A stretch of 64,000 nucleotides of DNA, from contig NC_045696.1 in the NCBI RefSeq assembly GCF_009834535.1, positions 89,840,001 to 89,904,000 on the forward strand, in the 5' to 3' direction. The translations under genes and the position numbers were made by a program. The stretch is from Camelus ferus. Taxonomy: Eukaryota. A model generated the notes under the pieces. It had not been told where the DNA came from, ran no database searches, and saw nothing but the letters and a program-made list of their open reading frames with translations. Shown here one piece after another: positions 26,115 through 39,764 of the stretch (position 1 is its first letter; the number at the start of each line of letters is the position of its first letter).

Positions 26115-26365
26115 ATAGTAATAGCTCACATTTTCTCAGCTTTTACCCACGCCAGGCACTGGAGTGAAGACTTGACATATATTATTTTCCTTAACTCAGA
26201 AAACAATCCCCCGTGATTGGCATTACTGTTACCACTCTTTCCAAGATGAGCAAAAGAACTAAAAGGATTTTAAGCAATCTGCCCAAGGTCACAGTATCAA
26301 TAAAAGGCAGAGCCAGATTGACCTCCAGTTCTATCTGACTCCCGTGAGGGACTCTTAGCCACCAC
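26115..26365 (-). mobile_element. MIR SINE, near full length
   Basis: taatagctcacattt...gccaggcact...aagcaatctgcccaaggtcacag...ggcagagccagatt...ctcttagccac. Confidence 0.8.
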
Positions 26366-28194
26366 CCAGTGTATGATAATCCTGCAGAGTTAGATTATTG
26401 CATAAAGTAGCATATAAAGCATCTCTCCTGTTTCTAGCCTCATTTACACTTGAAAATGTGAACACCCCTTGCACAATATAGGTGAAAATATAGGTGCTCT
26501 CTGTTATCACTGGTGAAAAATAAAGGAGCTTCTGGAAATTTGGTTAGCACACCAATCATCACCAGCCTTGGAAAATGTAGCTCTGAGGATGAATGTTATC
26601 TTTGCACTAAAAAAGATGGCATTCATTTAAATAAAATAGAAGGTTCTTGCTCGAGAATATCCCAATTCCACTACAGTCACCTGTCATTAATTCAGCACGT
26701 AACTCTTTCATTCAGACTGAATAATGTTCTGGAGAAGGCAGCTAGACTACTTAAACATTCATACTTATATTGGGTACGAATTCATTTTTTTTCAACCACT
26801 CAACACTCATTCCTTATGGACAGAAAAGGTAAGATATGAGTGAAATGCGTACTGAGGAAGGAACTATTTCCCCAAGACAGTTCAAAATAGGTGGAAAGCA
26901 CTATAGTAATTTCTTTGCAATTGCATGGTTCTTTTGCCTATTAAATTTTGAAGAGGTTATCAATTTGGAATATAACCTAAAGAGTTTATGTTTCGTAATT
27001 TTACTTTATTGCTGAAATATTTATGCAAATATTCAGTGTAGGAAGATGCTGCCAGATGGAAATTCAATAGTTGTGGAATCCTTCCTGGCATTTCCGACAG
27101 AATATATAATACTGAATCGCTTCATGCTAATGTTTTGCAATGGAATACATATTTTATAGCTACTTTGAAATGCAAATTTAAAAGATCTGAACACTTTAGA
27201 AATCATGCCAATGCACAGTAAACTAATACAAAAAGTAGGAGTTAGATAGATAAATTAGAGCAGTGTCAAATCAACTGCATTTTGGTAAAAGTAATGAGCC
27301 ATGTCTTTACAGCCTTTGTGTAAATACAATTTAATATTTAGAAGTAAAACTGTGTTTTGGCAAGATTAATGTTAACTAACCTCAAGATATATGTGATATC
27401 TGTCAAATATCTGACTTCTAAGAGGTGCACTCAGAGATACTTCACTTTCTTGCTCAACTTTCTCACTATCATCGCTGACAAATTCTATGATGTAGGGTAT
27501 GTGCTATCTTTGCTGTATCCAGAACTCAGTGGAAAATTTGAGGCACAGGTCACAAGTGAGTTTGAATTACAAGAGGATTAAAGTCTTATTGAAGATTGTC
27601 AAGTCTGAAATTTAAGTTTCTATAATTTATCGATCCATTATATCGCACTACGTTATAGTAACTTGTAAGAATCAATACGACATCCCGATCCTGTTGTTTC
27701 TTACAATTGTGGTCAGAAACTCAGTGCTTAAACACTAAAACATTTTTTAAAGACACTAGGAAGCTTAATCTGAGTCCATTGAACTATTTCTTCTTTTCAA
27801 ATTGGGATCTATTTCATCCCAGGATTTTGAAATAAATGGCATCTTGTTTTGAAAGCTATGGTTGTGTCTGACAATGCCTTCAAGTTGTATTCTCATTTTT
27901 AGAACTATTTTAAACAATCACGGCTCAGGGATTGAATCTGGGCAAGAAAAAGGAAACTCTGAGTTTTTCATGAATGATTAAAATTATAAACCCCAAAGCT
28001 TAATTAAAAATAACTATATTGGTTCATTTAAGGCACAAAAATACCCAGAGCATTTTCTCGTTTGCTTTATTCCTTCTTGGTCTCAGAGAGACTATTAAAA
28101 AACAAACAACAAGCAACAACACTACCACTAAACTCTTATGCAGACAAATCCAAGAAAAATAGTGTTGTTGAATTCACCTTTAATAAAGTATATT

Positions 28195-28345
28195 TTACTC
28201 TTAAATCATTACAAAATGCTTTAATTGTCATTACTCCATTTATTCCTGGCACTTACTGTAGCACGCAAGTATTACTATTTCTTTTTCACAGTTGGGAAAA
28301 TAGACTCAGAGAGGTTAAATGGCTCATCCAAGTCACACCCCAAGG
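28195..28345 (-). mobile_element. MIR SINE
   Basis: gggaaaatagactcagagaggttaaatggctcatccaagtcacac. Confidence 0.65.
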
Positions 28346-29756
28346 GAATATGACTACTGGTCTCCTTTATGATGCTTAAACTTTGATAATTTAGGTTTGG
28401 CTTAACTACACGCTCCAACTGTGACTTAGAGTGCTTCAGTGTCAGTTTCACTCTCCCCCTCTAACCAGGGACAAATTGCTTAGAACAACTGCTACCCTCT
28501 GGTCACCGTGTTTTCTCTTACTACAGTATGTAGACCTGTGGTCCAGTACACGGTATTCTACACGCAGGGCCATTCTACAGTATGTACTGTACACATGTAC
28601 TATGGCCTAGAGATGGGGAACATGTGAGGTGTATGTATTTGTGGAGCACAGAGCTTGTACGGAATTCAGGTTTGGTGATGAAGCCAGTGAGGTGTGAAAT
28701 CACAGAAAAAAGCAAAGGAAGAACAGTGTTATTCCTCCCATCTGGCTTCACTGGAATTCCCGACCACCACTGCAAGTGGACCCCTGTCCAGCAGTATTTC
28801 TTGGCTCTGAGCCTTGGCACTCAAATGTGACCCTGCATTTGCGAGCCTGAATCTGATACCGCAGGGATTTTATTTATTAAGAAAAGCACAAGAGCATGAG
28901 TGAAAGTTTTACACAAAAGTCTTACTCGTGGCATCAGAATTCCTGGGTGAAGAGCTGTAGGACACACCAGTTCCAATGACCCTGACCACACACACCCACT
29001 TACCTCACTTAGAAGGAGTGCTGTGGGTGGATATTTTTCATAACAAAATTACTATTCTCTACAATGCACAAACACAGGCTAATCAAAAATGAATCATGTG
29101 GCTCCCAACACATTCGAGGTAAATTAGGAATCACCATCTGGCAGAGAGCTTCTCTTCTTAAAATTGCTCTCTCCTTTTTTAATTAAAATGTGTTTTAATT
29201 AAAAATAGACATGTCAAGAAGCACTGTATATCAATTACATGACTGACAATATGCTTCGATTTTTTTTCTAAAACATGTGAACCAGAAATGGGATGTCATG
29301 GTTTCTCTCAAGAGAAACAGAAAAATACAGAAGAGAGAGAGAAAGAGAGGATTGCTTCTGGAAGCCATTTCAGCTTTATCAAAATCCAACCAAATCTTTG
29401 CTTGAATGTTTTATTGTTTTTTTAAAAATTGAAAGGGTATTTACTCTTCACTTTTTGATGTGACTAATAGAGAGTTTTGCCTTCATTGCCTACCAGCAAT
29501 AGTTTTGGAAAAGTTCCTAAATATTCTTAGCCAGCCTTCTGCTAGAGACCCTGGGATGTTCTGAAACCCCGCCTCACTACCCAGACACTCCCTTTTAACC
29601 CTTTCCTGTCCACACTCCTTCTCTGAGAAGCACGAAGTAATAACAGCAGATTTCTTTTGCGTAACCAGAAGTGCAGAGGGTAAGGGTGACAGATGGGGGT
29701 CCGGAAACAGCCAGAAGAGAGAACCAGAAACCACAGTGTGGATAGTACCTCGCACA

Positions 29757-29824
29757 CTGTGTGTGTGCGTGTGCGTGTGCGTGTGCGTGTGTGTGTGAGA
29801 AAGAGAAAGAGACAGAGAGAGAGA
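29757..29824. repeat. Compound microsatellite (TG)n/(GTGTGC)n plus (GA)-rich tract
   Basis: Direct reading; ~40 bp of alternating purine-pyrimidine. Confidence 0.9.
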
Positions 29825-30129
29825 ATGCTGTCAAGCCAACTGGACTTCCATACCATAAGACTGGCATTTGAACCCTCCTTGCTTTGTCTTAGGCAGTCCC
29901 AAGGCAATTCCTTTAGGGGATTCAGCTCTAAATGTTTAAAGGTCAAATATTAATGATCACACTGACACATATTTAGCAAGAGTCAGTTTTTAGCTCTGAT
30001 TGGTTTTCCCAACTGCCACAATTATTAAGTATCATTGTAATTGTCCTTCTTTAAAATATTTTTTCCAGTATTTGGTTTTGTCTTTTAATTTGTTTTTATT
30101 ATTTTTCTTTGTTTTATATCATTGCAATT

Positions 30130-30700
30130 TAATTTTTAACAGATAAACTTGCTCATTTTAGAACAGTTTTATATTTATAGAAAAATTGCAGAGATAGTAC
30201 ACAGTTCCCATATAACCCACACCCAGTTTTCCCTCCTAAAAACATCTTATATTAGTTATGGTATATTTGCCACAATTAATAAACCAATATGGATATGTTA
30301 TTATTAGCTAAAGTCTATATTTTATTCAGATTTTCTTAGTTTTAACCTAATGTACTTTTTCCTGTCCCAGGATCCTATCCATGATACCACATTACACTTA
30401 GTCATCATGTCCTTAGACTCCTGACTGTGACAGTTTCTCAGACATTCTTTACTTTTGATGACCTTGACAGTTTTGAGAAGTACTGGTCAGATATTTTCTC
30501 AAATGTCTCTCGATTGGGATTTTTCTAATGTTTATCTGAGTTTTGTGTTTTGGGAGGAAGGACACAGACATAAAGTGCCATTTCATCACATCAGCATGAT
30601 ATCACTCTTGACATTAAACCTGACCACCTGGCTGAAGTAGTGTTGTTTGTCAGGCTTTTCCACTGAAAAGTTACTATTTCCCCCTACTTTTTCATACTTT
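30130..30700 (-). mobile_element. L1MC-like 3' UTR fragment
   Basis: ttttagaacagttttatatttatagaaaaattgcagagatagtacacagttcccata...ctgtcccaggatcctatcc...ttgatgaccttgacagttttgag. Confidence 0.8.
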
Positions 30701-31045
30701 TTCCTTTTATTGGACAATGGCATTAGAAACCAAGATGCAATTTAATTTTTATTTATTGTGTGTGTGTTTTTAAATAACCCACCTTATTTTAAACTGCTTT
30801 TAAGCCTTTTTAGTGTTATTTTTTCCTGATAGCATTAGATCTTTTATTTAACAAATTAAAGAATCAATATAAACATTTAAGCTTTATTTATAAAAACTGA
30901 AACCACTTGCCAACTTAAAACATGCCTCTGTTTCTATTCTATGTAGCATCTGGGATATACACACACCATCACTGCATGGATGTAGCAGGAACAATGTTGG
31001 TAATAACAAAGGAAAGCAGCCTACATCTAGCACTGCACAAGCAAT

Positions 31046-31491
31046 ATGTGATAGACTGAATTTGCGTTAGAAATATTCTCTTTCTCAGGGAAGAAATACA
31101 TATTCCCATGGGATGTAGCATATTTTTCTGATCCACTGACTTGGAACCTGGCCCTGTGGTTTCCTTTGGCCAACGGACTGTGAGCAGACTTGATACAAGA
31201 AGTTTGCAGCATGCTTGTGTGGTTTACATTGTACTCTCACACTCCTGTGATTTGCCGTGAGACAACACACCTTAGGGAGCTGCTGGTCAGGAAGGACATG
31301 GTGACCCACAGAGTAGATGTGGACCGAGTTCTAAGCCTGAAGCCAAGCCCAGCTGACCAACAGATTGAAACAGGGTCCTCCTGGCTGTCCCACCCTCTTG
31401 GGATCAAGAAAAAGAATGCTAATTATTGGATACATTGAGTTTTAGAGTATTTTGTTATATGGCATTATTGCAGAAACAACTAACTAAAACA
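31046..31491 (+). mobile_element. MLT1 (ERVL-MaLR) solo LTR
   Basis: Begins tgtgatagactga; ttcctttggccaacgga; ends ttgttatatggcattattg...aactaaaaca. Confidence 0.75.
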
Positions 31492-31559
31492 AAATATAAG
31501 TATGTCAAGAGCAACATTTGATACTTGGTATATGACAATTCAACACATAAAATATACTA

Positions 31560-31805
31560 GGGAAGTAGTATTGGCAGATATACTGGAATCAGATAGATCT
31601 GGGTTCAAATCCTTGCTATGCCACTTACTGGTTATGTCTCAGAAAAGCTATCTGAGTCTACTAAGCTTAGCTTCCTCATTTCCAGAATGGAGATAATAAT
31701 AATGCCTATTTAATACGGTGTTATGAGAGTCACATGAGATCATTCTTGTAAAGGGCTTGGCATAGAATAACTGTTCACTAAATGCTAGTTGCTATTATTA
31801 GTTAT
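31560..31805 (+). mobile_element. MIR SINE, near full length
   Basis: ctggaatcagatagatctgggttcaaatcc...cttcctcatttccagaatggagataataat. Confidence 0.85.
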
Positions 31806-31849
31806 CAAATGAAAGTCATAAGATAATTTAAGATTTACCATTTTCAGAG

Positions 31850-32315
31850 AGTCTGCCTCTGTTTTGTAAATAAGTTCATTTGTGTCTTTTTTTTTTTTTT
31901 TTTTAGATTCCACATATAAGCAATATCACATAGTATTTTTCTTTCTCTTTCTGGCTTGCTTTGCATAGTATAACAATCTCCAAGTCCATCCATGTATCTG
32001 CAAATTGGCCTTACATTTTAGACACAGAAAACAAACTTACGGTTACCAGGGTGGAAAAAGGGGTGGGGAGGGATAAACTGGGAGTTCGGGATTTGTAGAT
32101 ACACACTACTATATATAAAACAGATAAACAACAAGGTCCTACTGTATAGCAGCACAGTGAAGTATATTCAATACCTTGTAATGGCGTATAATGAAAAGAA
32201 TATGAAAAGGAATATATATATATATATGTATAAGTGAATCACTATGCTGTACATCAGAAATTAACACAATATTATGGATTGATTATACCTCAATTAAAAA
32301 AAAGAAATGAAAGAA
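31850..32315 (+). mobile_element. 5'-inverted (twin-primed) L1 insertion
   Basis: 31850-~32019 is antisense L1 and ~32020-32315 is sense L1 3' UTR with an A tail. TSD aagatttaccattttcagag (31830-31849) / aagatttaccatattcagag (32316-32335). Confidence 0.92.
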
Positions 32316-33704
32316 AAGATTTACCATATTCAGAGCTTTATGACCTACAATAAACTATTTTTAATTGTGGAGGAAGAGTATCCTGACTTACTGCAAACAG
32401 TGTGAAGCTGTGGGCTGTTTTTACATATAGTTTGGATAGATATATAAAGTAATCAGGAAAACTAGGGTCCTTCAGCTTTCAGGGAACTTTCTTTAGTGAA
32501 AATATGAGACCAACTTACAGTCAGCATTTTAATTGTTTGTCCAACTACCTCTGAAATATTTGAGGATTTAAAACTATTTCATTTAGTTTTAGTTCCCTGG
32601 TAATTATGATTACATAGTTAACTTACACTGCAAAGGACTGATACTAAACAAACTTCATTTTATTTTCTGTCCAAATAATTACAAGTCTTGAATTGATAAA
32701 GACTAAAAAAAAATGACCTTTTGCACTGTGGATTATCTAATCACTGACACCATAAGAAGTGTGCCAAAAAAATAAGCAGTGAAGCCAAAATTTACATCCA
32801 ACTAATCTTGCTAAATTGCTCTTAGTTATCAAGCGGCAACGTCAGCAACCTGTGCAAAAGAGATTACCTTTTTTTTTTTTAATTTGAGCAATAAAAAGCA
32901 ATTTTATAATCTTTTAAATCTGTTTGGGTCCAGTGCCAAAGTGAATGTTATATACTGAAAACTTAGGATTAAAAGAAGGAAAATTGAATAGTTAACTTAT
33001 ATGTGATATACTAAAAAAGCAAAAGATGTTGCCTATACTAAAGGTTAATTAGTATTAATTTATTTTGGACCATACTATTTTAAATTGCTGACTTAGTAAA
33101 GAAAAATTTGTTGTAACAATTTTTAAAAAAATTTTCCAGGAGAAATTCTGAATTCTAAAATGTACTACATTTAGGTTGGAAATGGAAATGTAGCTTTATC
33201 TCAATCAGGGATGTTTAAAAATTCTTTATCTTTGAGATGAAAATTACAAAATTAATAAGTGGTAGCTTTTAGGATCTATTCTTCAAAAGAATTCTAGGTT
33301 GTTCCAAATGTTTTCAGTTCCCTCTTAGAGAGAGGTTGGCCAGACTTTAACCTCATTCCTGCAAGAAGAGGATTGGAGCCAAGCCTGGAGAACCTACAGC
33401 CTAAAGCAAAGCTGGGCCAGTCAACCCAACTCCCATGATCAAGAAAGAATAAAAAGACCATCTTTATCATTATGTACTACTCCTAAAAGAATATTTTAAA
33501 AAAAACTATGTATTATCTTACATCTTTAAAGTTGACATCTAAAAATTTTCATCATAAGCTTACGAAGTTCTGAAGGATATGATTCTTGGCATATTGTATA
33601 AATTAATCTTTTAAAATCAAGTTGAAGCATCCCTTTGAATGGAACTAACAGGATCTAAATACTGAGTGATATCCACAGTCATCAGTTTTAATATATACTT
33701 GAAC

Positions 33705-34930
33705 AGGACTTCTGGTTTGGATACAGAAAGTCATAACAGATCATTGCCCCTATCTTAACAAGTAAAAATCCTAAATAAATAAAAATAATAAAATAAGCTA
33801 CAAAAAAGCTAGATAGGCTATTAAGATACCTAAATAACTAAATTTCAGAAAATGACAAGCCCTTCCTGAGAGAGAAGTGATCTATGTCTCCTCCCAGTAA
33901 GACATATAAGAACAAAAGCCAGTCAAACATTAAACAAACATTGAGCTGCCACATGTAGGGTGACATGATGGATTATATACCTGGGAATTCCAATCAACTC
34001 TGTTAATATGCACCTACCTACCAACTTTTACTCACAGATCTCTACTGGGTACGGAGGGTAATATGCCCAAAGCAAAGGGCCCAGAGAAAGAAAGCTGAGA
34101 AACATTTCTCTTTGAGGTCCATAGAGATGTTCCCAAATGCAAACCCCTTTCAAAGGCAGGGAATGAAGGGGGACATAGGAGGAGAACTGAGAGAAATTAT
34201 CAGAGGCACTCCAAACTTTCAGCTGCCAAAGATTAATAGCTGGTAAGAGAAGCTCTTCCAGGGCATTCCTAGTTTTCACAGCATAGGGCAGCAGCACTCC
34301 AAAAGCAAAAGAAGAGTCAATCAGGCTGAAGGTTCAATCTCCATATGTGCAGAAAACAGAGGCAGGACTAGATAGTGGAGAAAACTCCACAGTGGCTCAA
34401 AACCATACCAACTGGGTCATAAGCAAGAAGATATCACCCATAGTTCCAAAATTTGGCAGTTGAACTCCAAAGCACAGGAAGGTTTCTGGAATCTTTCCAA
34501 CTCTCTGACATCAGACCTTGTTGAAAGGAAAGTCAGGATCATGCCCTCAAAATATTTGAAGCCAGTGGTGGAGAACCAAATCAAACTACAGGTGCAAAAA
34601 GTCCCAAGTCTGTTCAAATATAGTTCAGATTGACTGAATTCCCACTCTAGGGGCCTGAGAGAAAATGGGCATTCCCCTTTTTGGAGATAAATGTTATTTT
34701 CTTCAGTCTATATTGATCTCTTACACAAAATGTTCTTCCTAAGAAAAATTATACTATGCACAAAAAAGCAAGAACATGTGACTAATGGTCAAGAGAAGAA
34801 ACAATCAACAGAAAGAGATCGACAGGTGGTCCAGAGATTGGAATTTTTAGGGTCAGAGGTGAAAATAATTATGATAAAAATTATGAAAGATCTATAGGAA
34901 AAAGACACATGAGTGAGAAGATGAGAAATC
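33705..34930 (+). mobile_element. Old L1 5' UTR/ORF1-start-like fragment
   Basis: Starts gacttctggttt; ends with catgtgactaatggtcaagagaagaaacaatcaacagaaa...ccagagattggaatt, typical of the old L1M ORF1 5' region. Subfamily not assigned. Confidence 0.55.
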
Positions 34931-36854
34931 TGACAGTTTATTTCACCTGAAGAACTTTATCTAAATTTAATGTAAATTTTATGCTTAAAAGTCCTTTTAC
35001 TGATTACTTAATCTTTTTTCTCCACATAAAATGTGAATGGATTTCTATGGCTTAAAGGTTTTAAGCACTTAAAATTTATTCTAGTTTTAATTATTATTAA
35101 AATTATTAGTACATAATTTATTAAAATAACATAAATATATTATAAATTTTGATAGATAATTATCAAAGTTAAGTTTTTTTTTGAAATTGCATCATTTAAT
35201 GAGATGAATCCCTTTTACATTAGTTCATCTACCTTTGAATAAGTATTACTTCCCAGTAGAGTGAGAGAGGGTTTTGTATCAATTCTACTTCTATTTATCA
35301 TTTTTATAGATGTAAGCCTGAGATTTATATGAATAGATATATGAGAATGGCTAAAAATTCAGTTCTAGAAACTGTTTCTCAAAGTGTCTAAACTCCTTCT
35401 AAGTTATATTCTTAAAATCACAGTGCCTTTCATCAAACATTATATTTAACGATCTATCAGCTGACAACTGGATTAGATCTTTCTTCAATTTCATTAGAAA
35501 TGAAGAATTGGAAACTATCTGACTTGCAAAACAATTTATTACCGAGTCATTAGAATCATTCCCTTTCTCAAAATCAGTGTTAATGTTTTATGTCTTGGAC
35601 ATTTTTAACACCCTGGGCAATGCAGCATATTAGATTTTGGGTAAATGAGATATACTTTCCTTTTTTTAAATGGAAGAATCACAATTATAAAAGAGAAAGT
35701 GGGAAAGGAGAAATAACCTGAAGTATGTTCTCATGCAGCTTAGTTCTAAAGAAATTTTAATAGACAGTTTAAATTCTGGAAATTTTTGTTCATTAAAATA
35801 CATCCAGTCCTCATACTCCTTGGGAAATCTTTGTGGATCCCCAATTTGAATACTATGGGCCTAAAACATCCATTAAGTAAATCAATACATGAATTCAGGT
35901 CTCTTTATCAAACTGTTATCAAAGGAGACTTTGTTCTTATCTCAGATAAATAAAACTGATGCCTGAAATGCAGTTTCATGTTTCAAGATGTTTAGTAGAA
36001 AGCCAGAGAAAATTTCTCTATGCATGGAGAAAAACTTCATATTCTCTTCCCACTTCATGATGAAACTATTAAAAAATCAGCTGTGAAGAAGGAAGTGATG
36101 CTTGTGACCTTGGACAAGATTTCATTCAAGCCTGTTGTCAGAGACTAACACCAGTACTGGCTGATGTGGAAACAAGGAGTTTCTCTCTTTTTTGCCAAAA
36201 TAGCCAAAAAAAACCAAAACAAAACAAAACAAAAAACCAAAAAAAAAAAAAAGATGTACGTTCTAACATCACAGTGCTGCCTTCTGAATAAAGAACACTA
36301 AGATTTTTTTTCTAATCACATTTTATTTGGCAAAGACTGTTTTCATTTTGAATATGTCAGACACCTTTATAGTTCTTGAAACGGGCTCAGAATATAATAA
36401 TTCATTGATGTGAATAGGCATGCACAGAAGACACGAAAGCCTTGAGTGAGCTTCATTTGATTGTTTCATCTGGCTGCTTGCGAATGGCCATGGAACCTGC
36501 CAATATCTCCATAATCAGCTACAAAATGTTAGGAGAAATGTCCTCAATACTGGGGATAGAGTGGGTCCTCTACTGAGGCACAACACTTCAGCTGTGTAAA
36601 TGCAGCATTTTCTAGAGTATGTGGATTCAAGATTCTATGATTAGTGTAGCTGCAGCTTCTTTTGCCTGGAAATGCAATGTGCATTGTATCAATTCTTCAA
36701 GCACAGCCGTCTGTATTTAACAAAATCCAAACATTAGTAATATGCCAGCATGTTAAAAATGAGTTTTCTTTGCCTTAAAATATCAATAGCATCCAATACA
36801 TTATTAGGATGTCTAGAAGAAAAGGTACTCCTTCAGCTTGGCTGCATTCATGTT

Positions 36855-37520
36855 GCTATTGGGTGCCACCCTGGTCCAAGCCACCATCATCCCCAGCCTG
36901 TTCTGAACTGGTCTTTCTGCTTCCACTCTTGTCACCAAGTCTATACTCTGCACAAAATATAAAGTCCCATCACATCACTTCTCTGCTCAAAACCTTCCAA
37001 TGGTTTCCCACCTTGTGTAAAGGCAAAAAACATTTATAGCGGTTTACAATGTCCCACACAATATGGTCCACCATTACCTCTCTGATCTCATCTTGTATCA
37101 TCTTCTTGCTCACCCTCTCCTTCAGTCACCCAGGCTCCTTGGTGCTCTTTGACCATTCCTTGTATGTTCCCACCTCAAAGTCCATGCCCTACTTTCCTCT
37201 GCCTTAACATGGTTGCAGAGATATCTGCAGGGTTTGCCCTCACCTCACTCATGTTTATACCCAAACATCATCTTCTCATTGAAGCTTTCCCTATCCTCTC
37301 TATTTAAGACTTTAAACTCTTTCCCTGCTTTATTTCTTATATTACTTTGCATTTAAAATATTTAAAATATTTCCTATTTCAACTATTTATTTTCTATTGC
37401 CTGACCTGCTCTAAAAATGTTAGCATTGTGAGGGTGAGTATTTGTGTCTGTTTTGTTCACTGCTGTATCCTCAGCACCTAGAAAATGGCACAAAGAGGGA
37501 ACTCAACAAATATTTGTTGA
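36855..37520 (+). mobile_element. L2a-like 3' fragment
   Basis: ggtccaagccaccatcat...cacttctctgctcaaaaccttccaatggtttccca...gtctgttttgttcactgctgtatcc...caacaaatatttgttgaa. Confidence 0.85.
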
Positions 37521-38824
37521 AAGCAAGTTTCTAGAGAGGAAGCAAGGAGGCTTCTGCTTCATCACAAATGATAATGAAGATAAGAGCAAAGGATATGTAA
37601 ATTTTTGTTGAGTTCTTTGATATTTTTCAATTTAACTACTTAAGCTGGGCCCAATGTAAGCAAATCTGAATGCTCATCTGCACAATTGCACTATATGTTT
37701 AATTACTAACAGTAAGAAAGCACTCTAGTTGTCATCAGATGGAGATGATAGTGATTTCATAACACAGACAGTATTTAGAAGTATCCCATGACACAATATA
37801 TTTTTTGGATTGAAATGAGGCCACTATGTTAAATTAATGATAATTGCAGCAAATATTTATTGATTGTTTACCATATTCCATGTACTATATTAATTGTCTT
37901 ACATTTATTTCCTCATTTATTTCCACTCCTAAATTCTCATAAAGTGCTTGAATTTTCCAAGTCTTATATTTTGCATCAGGGATCCAAAGTTTTATATTTT
38001 GACCCAGAGCTTAAATGAATGTAAAGAAAGCATATTTTTGCAACTCTGGATTTATGGATAATTTAGTAACTTTCATAAATAAGTTTGTATTTTAAGTTTC
38101 ACAACATAAAAAAATACTCCTGTAAGGCTGACCTAATTTTATCTTTGGAAATTATTTCCTTATAATTTCTGAGGTACCTGCTTTATTTCAAAAGTGGCAT
38201 TCTTTCAGTACCATCCCTTCTTTTTTGTTGCTTACTTATTTCTAAATCCAGAGACCACTCTGTATTTCCAATTGAAACTGACGCTGACTGTCAAGCATGG
38301 ACTGTGGCGCATAAGCAGCTCTTGCAGGAGACTTGGATACATAAATAGTGCAGTCAAAACCCAGAAACATAGCCATTTAACTGCTTTGTAATTGATGGAT
38401 AATCATTTCATTTCCACAATCAGTGATGTATGAAAATTTACTGCTTATATTTCCAAATCTCCTCACCCTGCCCACCACCCTCCAGGCCCTCACATATATC
38501 CTCCTGACTGTCAAACTGACTGATGCTTATTTAAATTCCACAAGCTCAGAGGCACCACAACCTACCCGTGGATATTCATTTCCATGGTCCAACCCCCATA
38601 CATTGAAGTTCCACAACAAAGTCGCAGGCTATTCTCAGCAAGCTCTGCACTGAGCCTCACAGGTCTTCTATGGCTGGTGGCTGAATATTTTATTTCTAGA
38701 AGAAGCTAACCGTGAGCACATTCATTTCTAGAAAAAAATTTAAACTTACATTATTTTCTTTAAATTCATAAAAGGTGAAGAAAATGTGGAGTGCTTTATG
38801 ATGGTAAAAATGAACATTATTTAA

Positions 38825-39000
38825 TGGAAAGAGTATAGACTTTGGAGGCAGATTTGAGTTCGAATCCTGATTTGATCATTTATTAGCTCTGTGATCTTGA
38901 GCACGGTGTCTAACCTACTTGACCTCAACACTTTTATCTGTCAAGATAATAATACAATCTTATAGGACTCCTTTGAGGAGTAAAGAAAATAATTTCGGCA
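38825..39000 (+). mobile_element. MIR SINE
   Basis: tagactttggaggcagatttgagttcgaatcctga...tattagctctgtgatcttg. Confidence 0.7.
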
Positions 39001-39600
39001 AATGAATTAATTCAGGAAATATTTCTTGAACACCCACATTGAGTTCCCACAAGTACTGTCCTAGGTGCCAGAGACTGAGACTAACCAAGAGCCCCTGCGC
39101 TCAGGGCACTTAGAGTGGAGTTGAGACGAACAAGTAAGTAGTCGGTAACACTGGAGTGGTAAGAGATGCGAGCAGGTGCAGACCTGCTAGGTGACGAGTC
39201 ACGATACAGCACCCTCAGGAGGGGATGCCTCACGATGAGCCAGCCCCACAGGGCCATGCTGCGCATCAGGGCTGCTGCAGCTCTGCGTGGCCTGGGTGCG
39301 TGGTGAGGTGAGGCAGTGACATGGGATGAGAGTGGCGACACCCTGAAGGGCCTTGCGTGCAGTGCCAGGGAGTTTACACTCCATCCAGGGATGCGGAGAA
39401 GGGACACAGTCAGATCTAGGTTTTGGAACTCTCCCTCTGGAAGGAAGAAGGCTGGTAGATGGGCGAGAGCAGCAGAGAGACAGTCAGGAGGCCAATGTAG
39501 GCAAGTATGGGGAAAATAATGAGGGAATAAAGTAACATAGTGCCAATGATGAGAGAAAAAGGTGGACAGAGTCAGGATCTATGGAGAAGGTAAAATTAAT
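39001..39600 (-). mobile_element. L2 fragment (appears to resume at ~40170-40310)
   Basis: ttaattcaggaaatatttcttgaacacc...actgtcctaggtgccagagac...gggacacagtcagatctaggtttt. Confidence 0.7.
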
Positions 39601-39764
39601 AAGCTTTGGTCCCTGAGAAGCCTGGAGGGGGTTCGGTTCCTGCCTGAATCAAGCAGTAAATTGTAGCACATTCCTCAGGGTGTGAAGAAAAAAAACAAGT
39701 TTGGGGAGCCAGGTTTGGAACCGCGGAGCCTGATGAATCCATGTGACATTCCGTGGAGAGGGCA

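Noticed and set aside
29483..29953. Four overlapping ORFs on both strands
   Set aside because: Caused by the stop-free microsatellite (HTRTRT/VRVRV peptides).
36057..36164. Box C (ATGATGA) ... box D (CTGA) pair suggesting a C/D snoRNA
   Set aside because: No proper terminal stem and no recognisable rRNA/snRNA guide; expected by chance.
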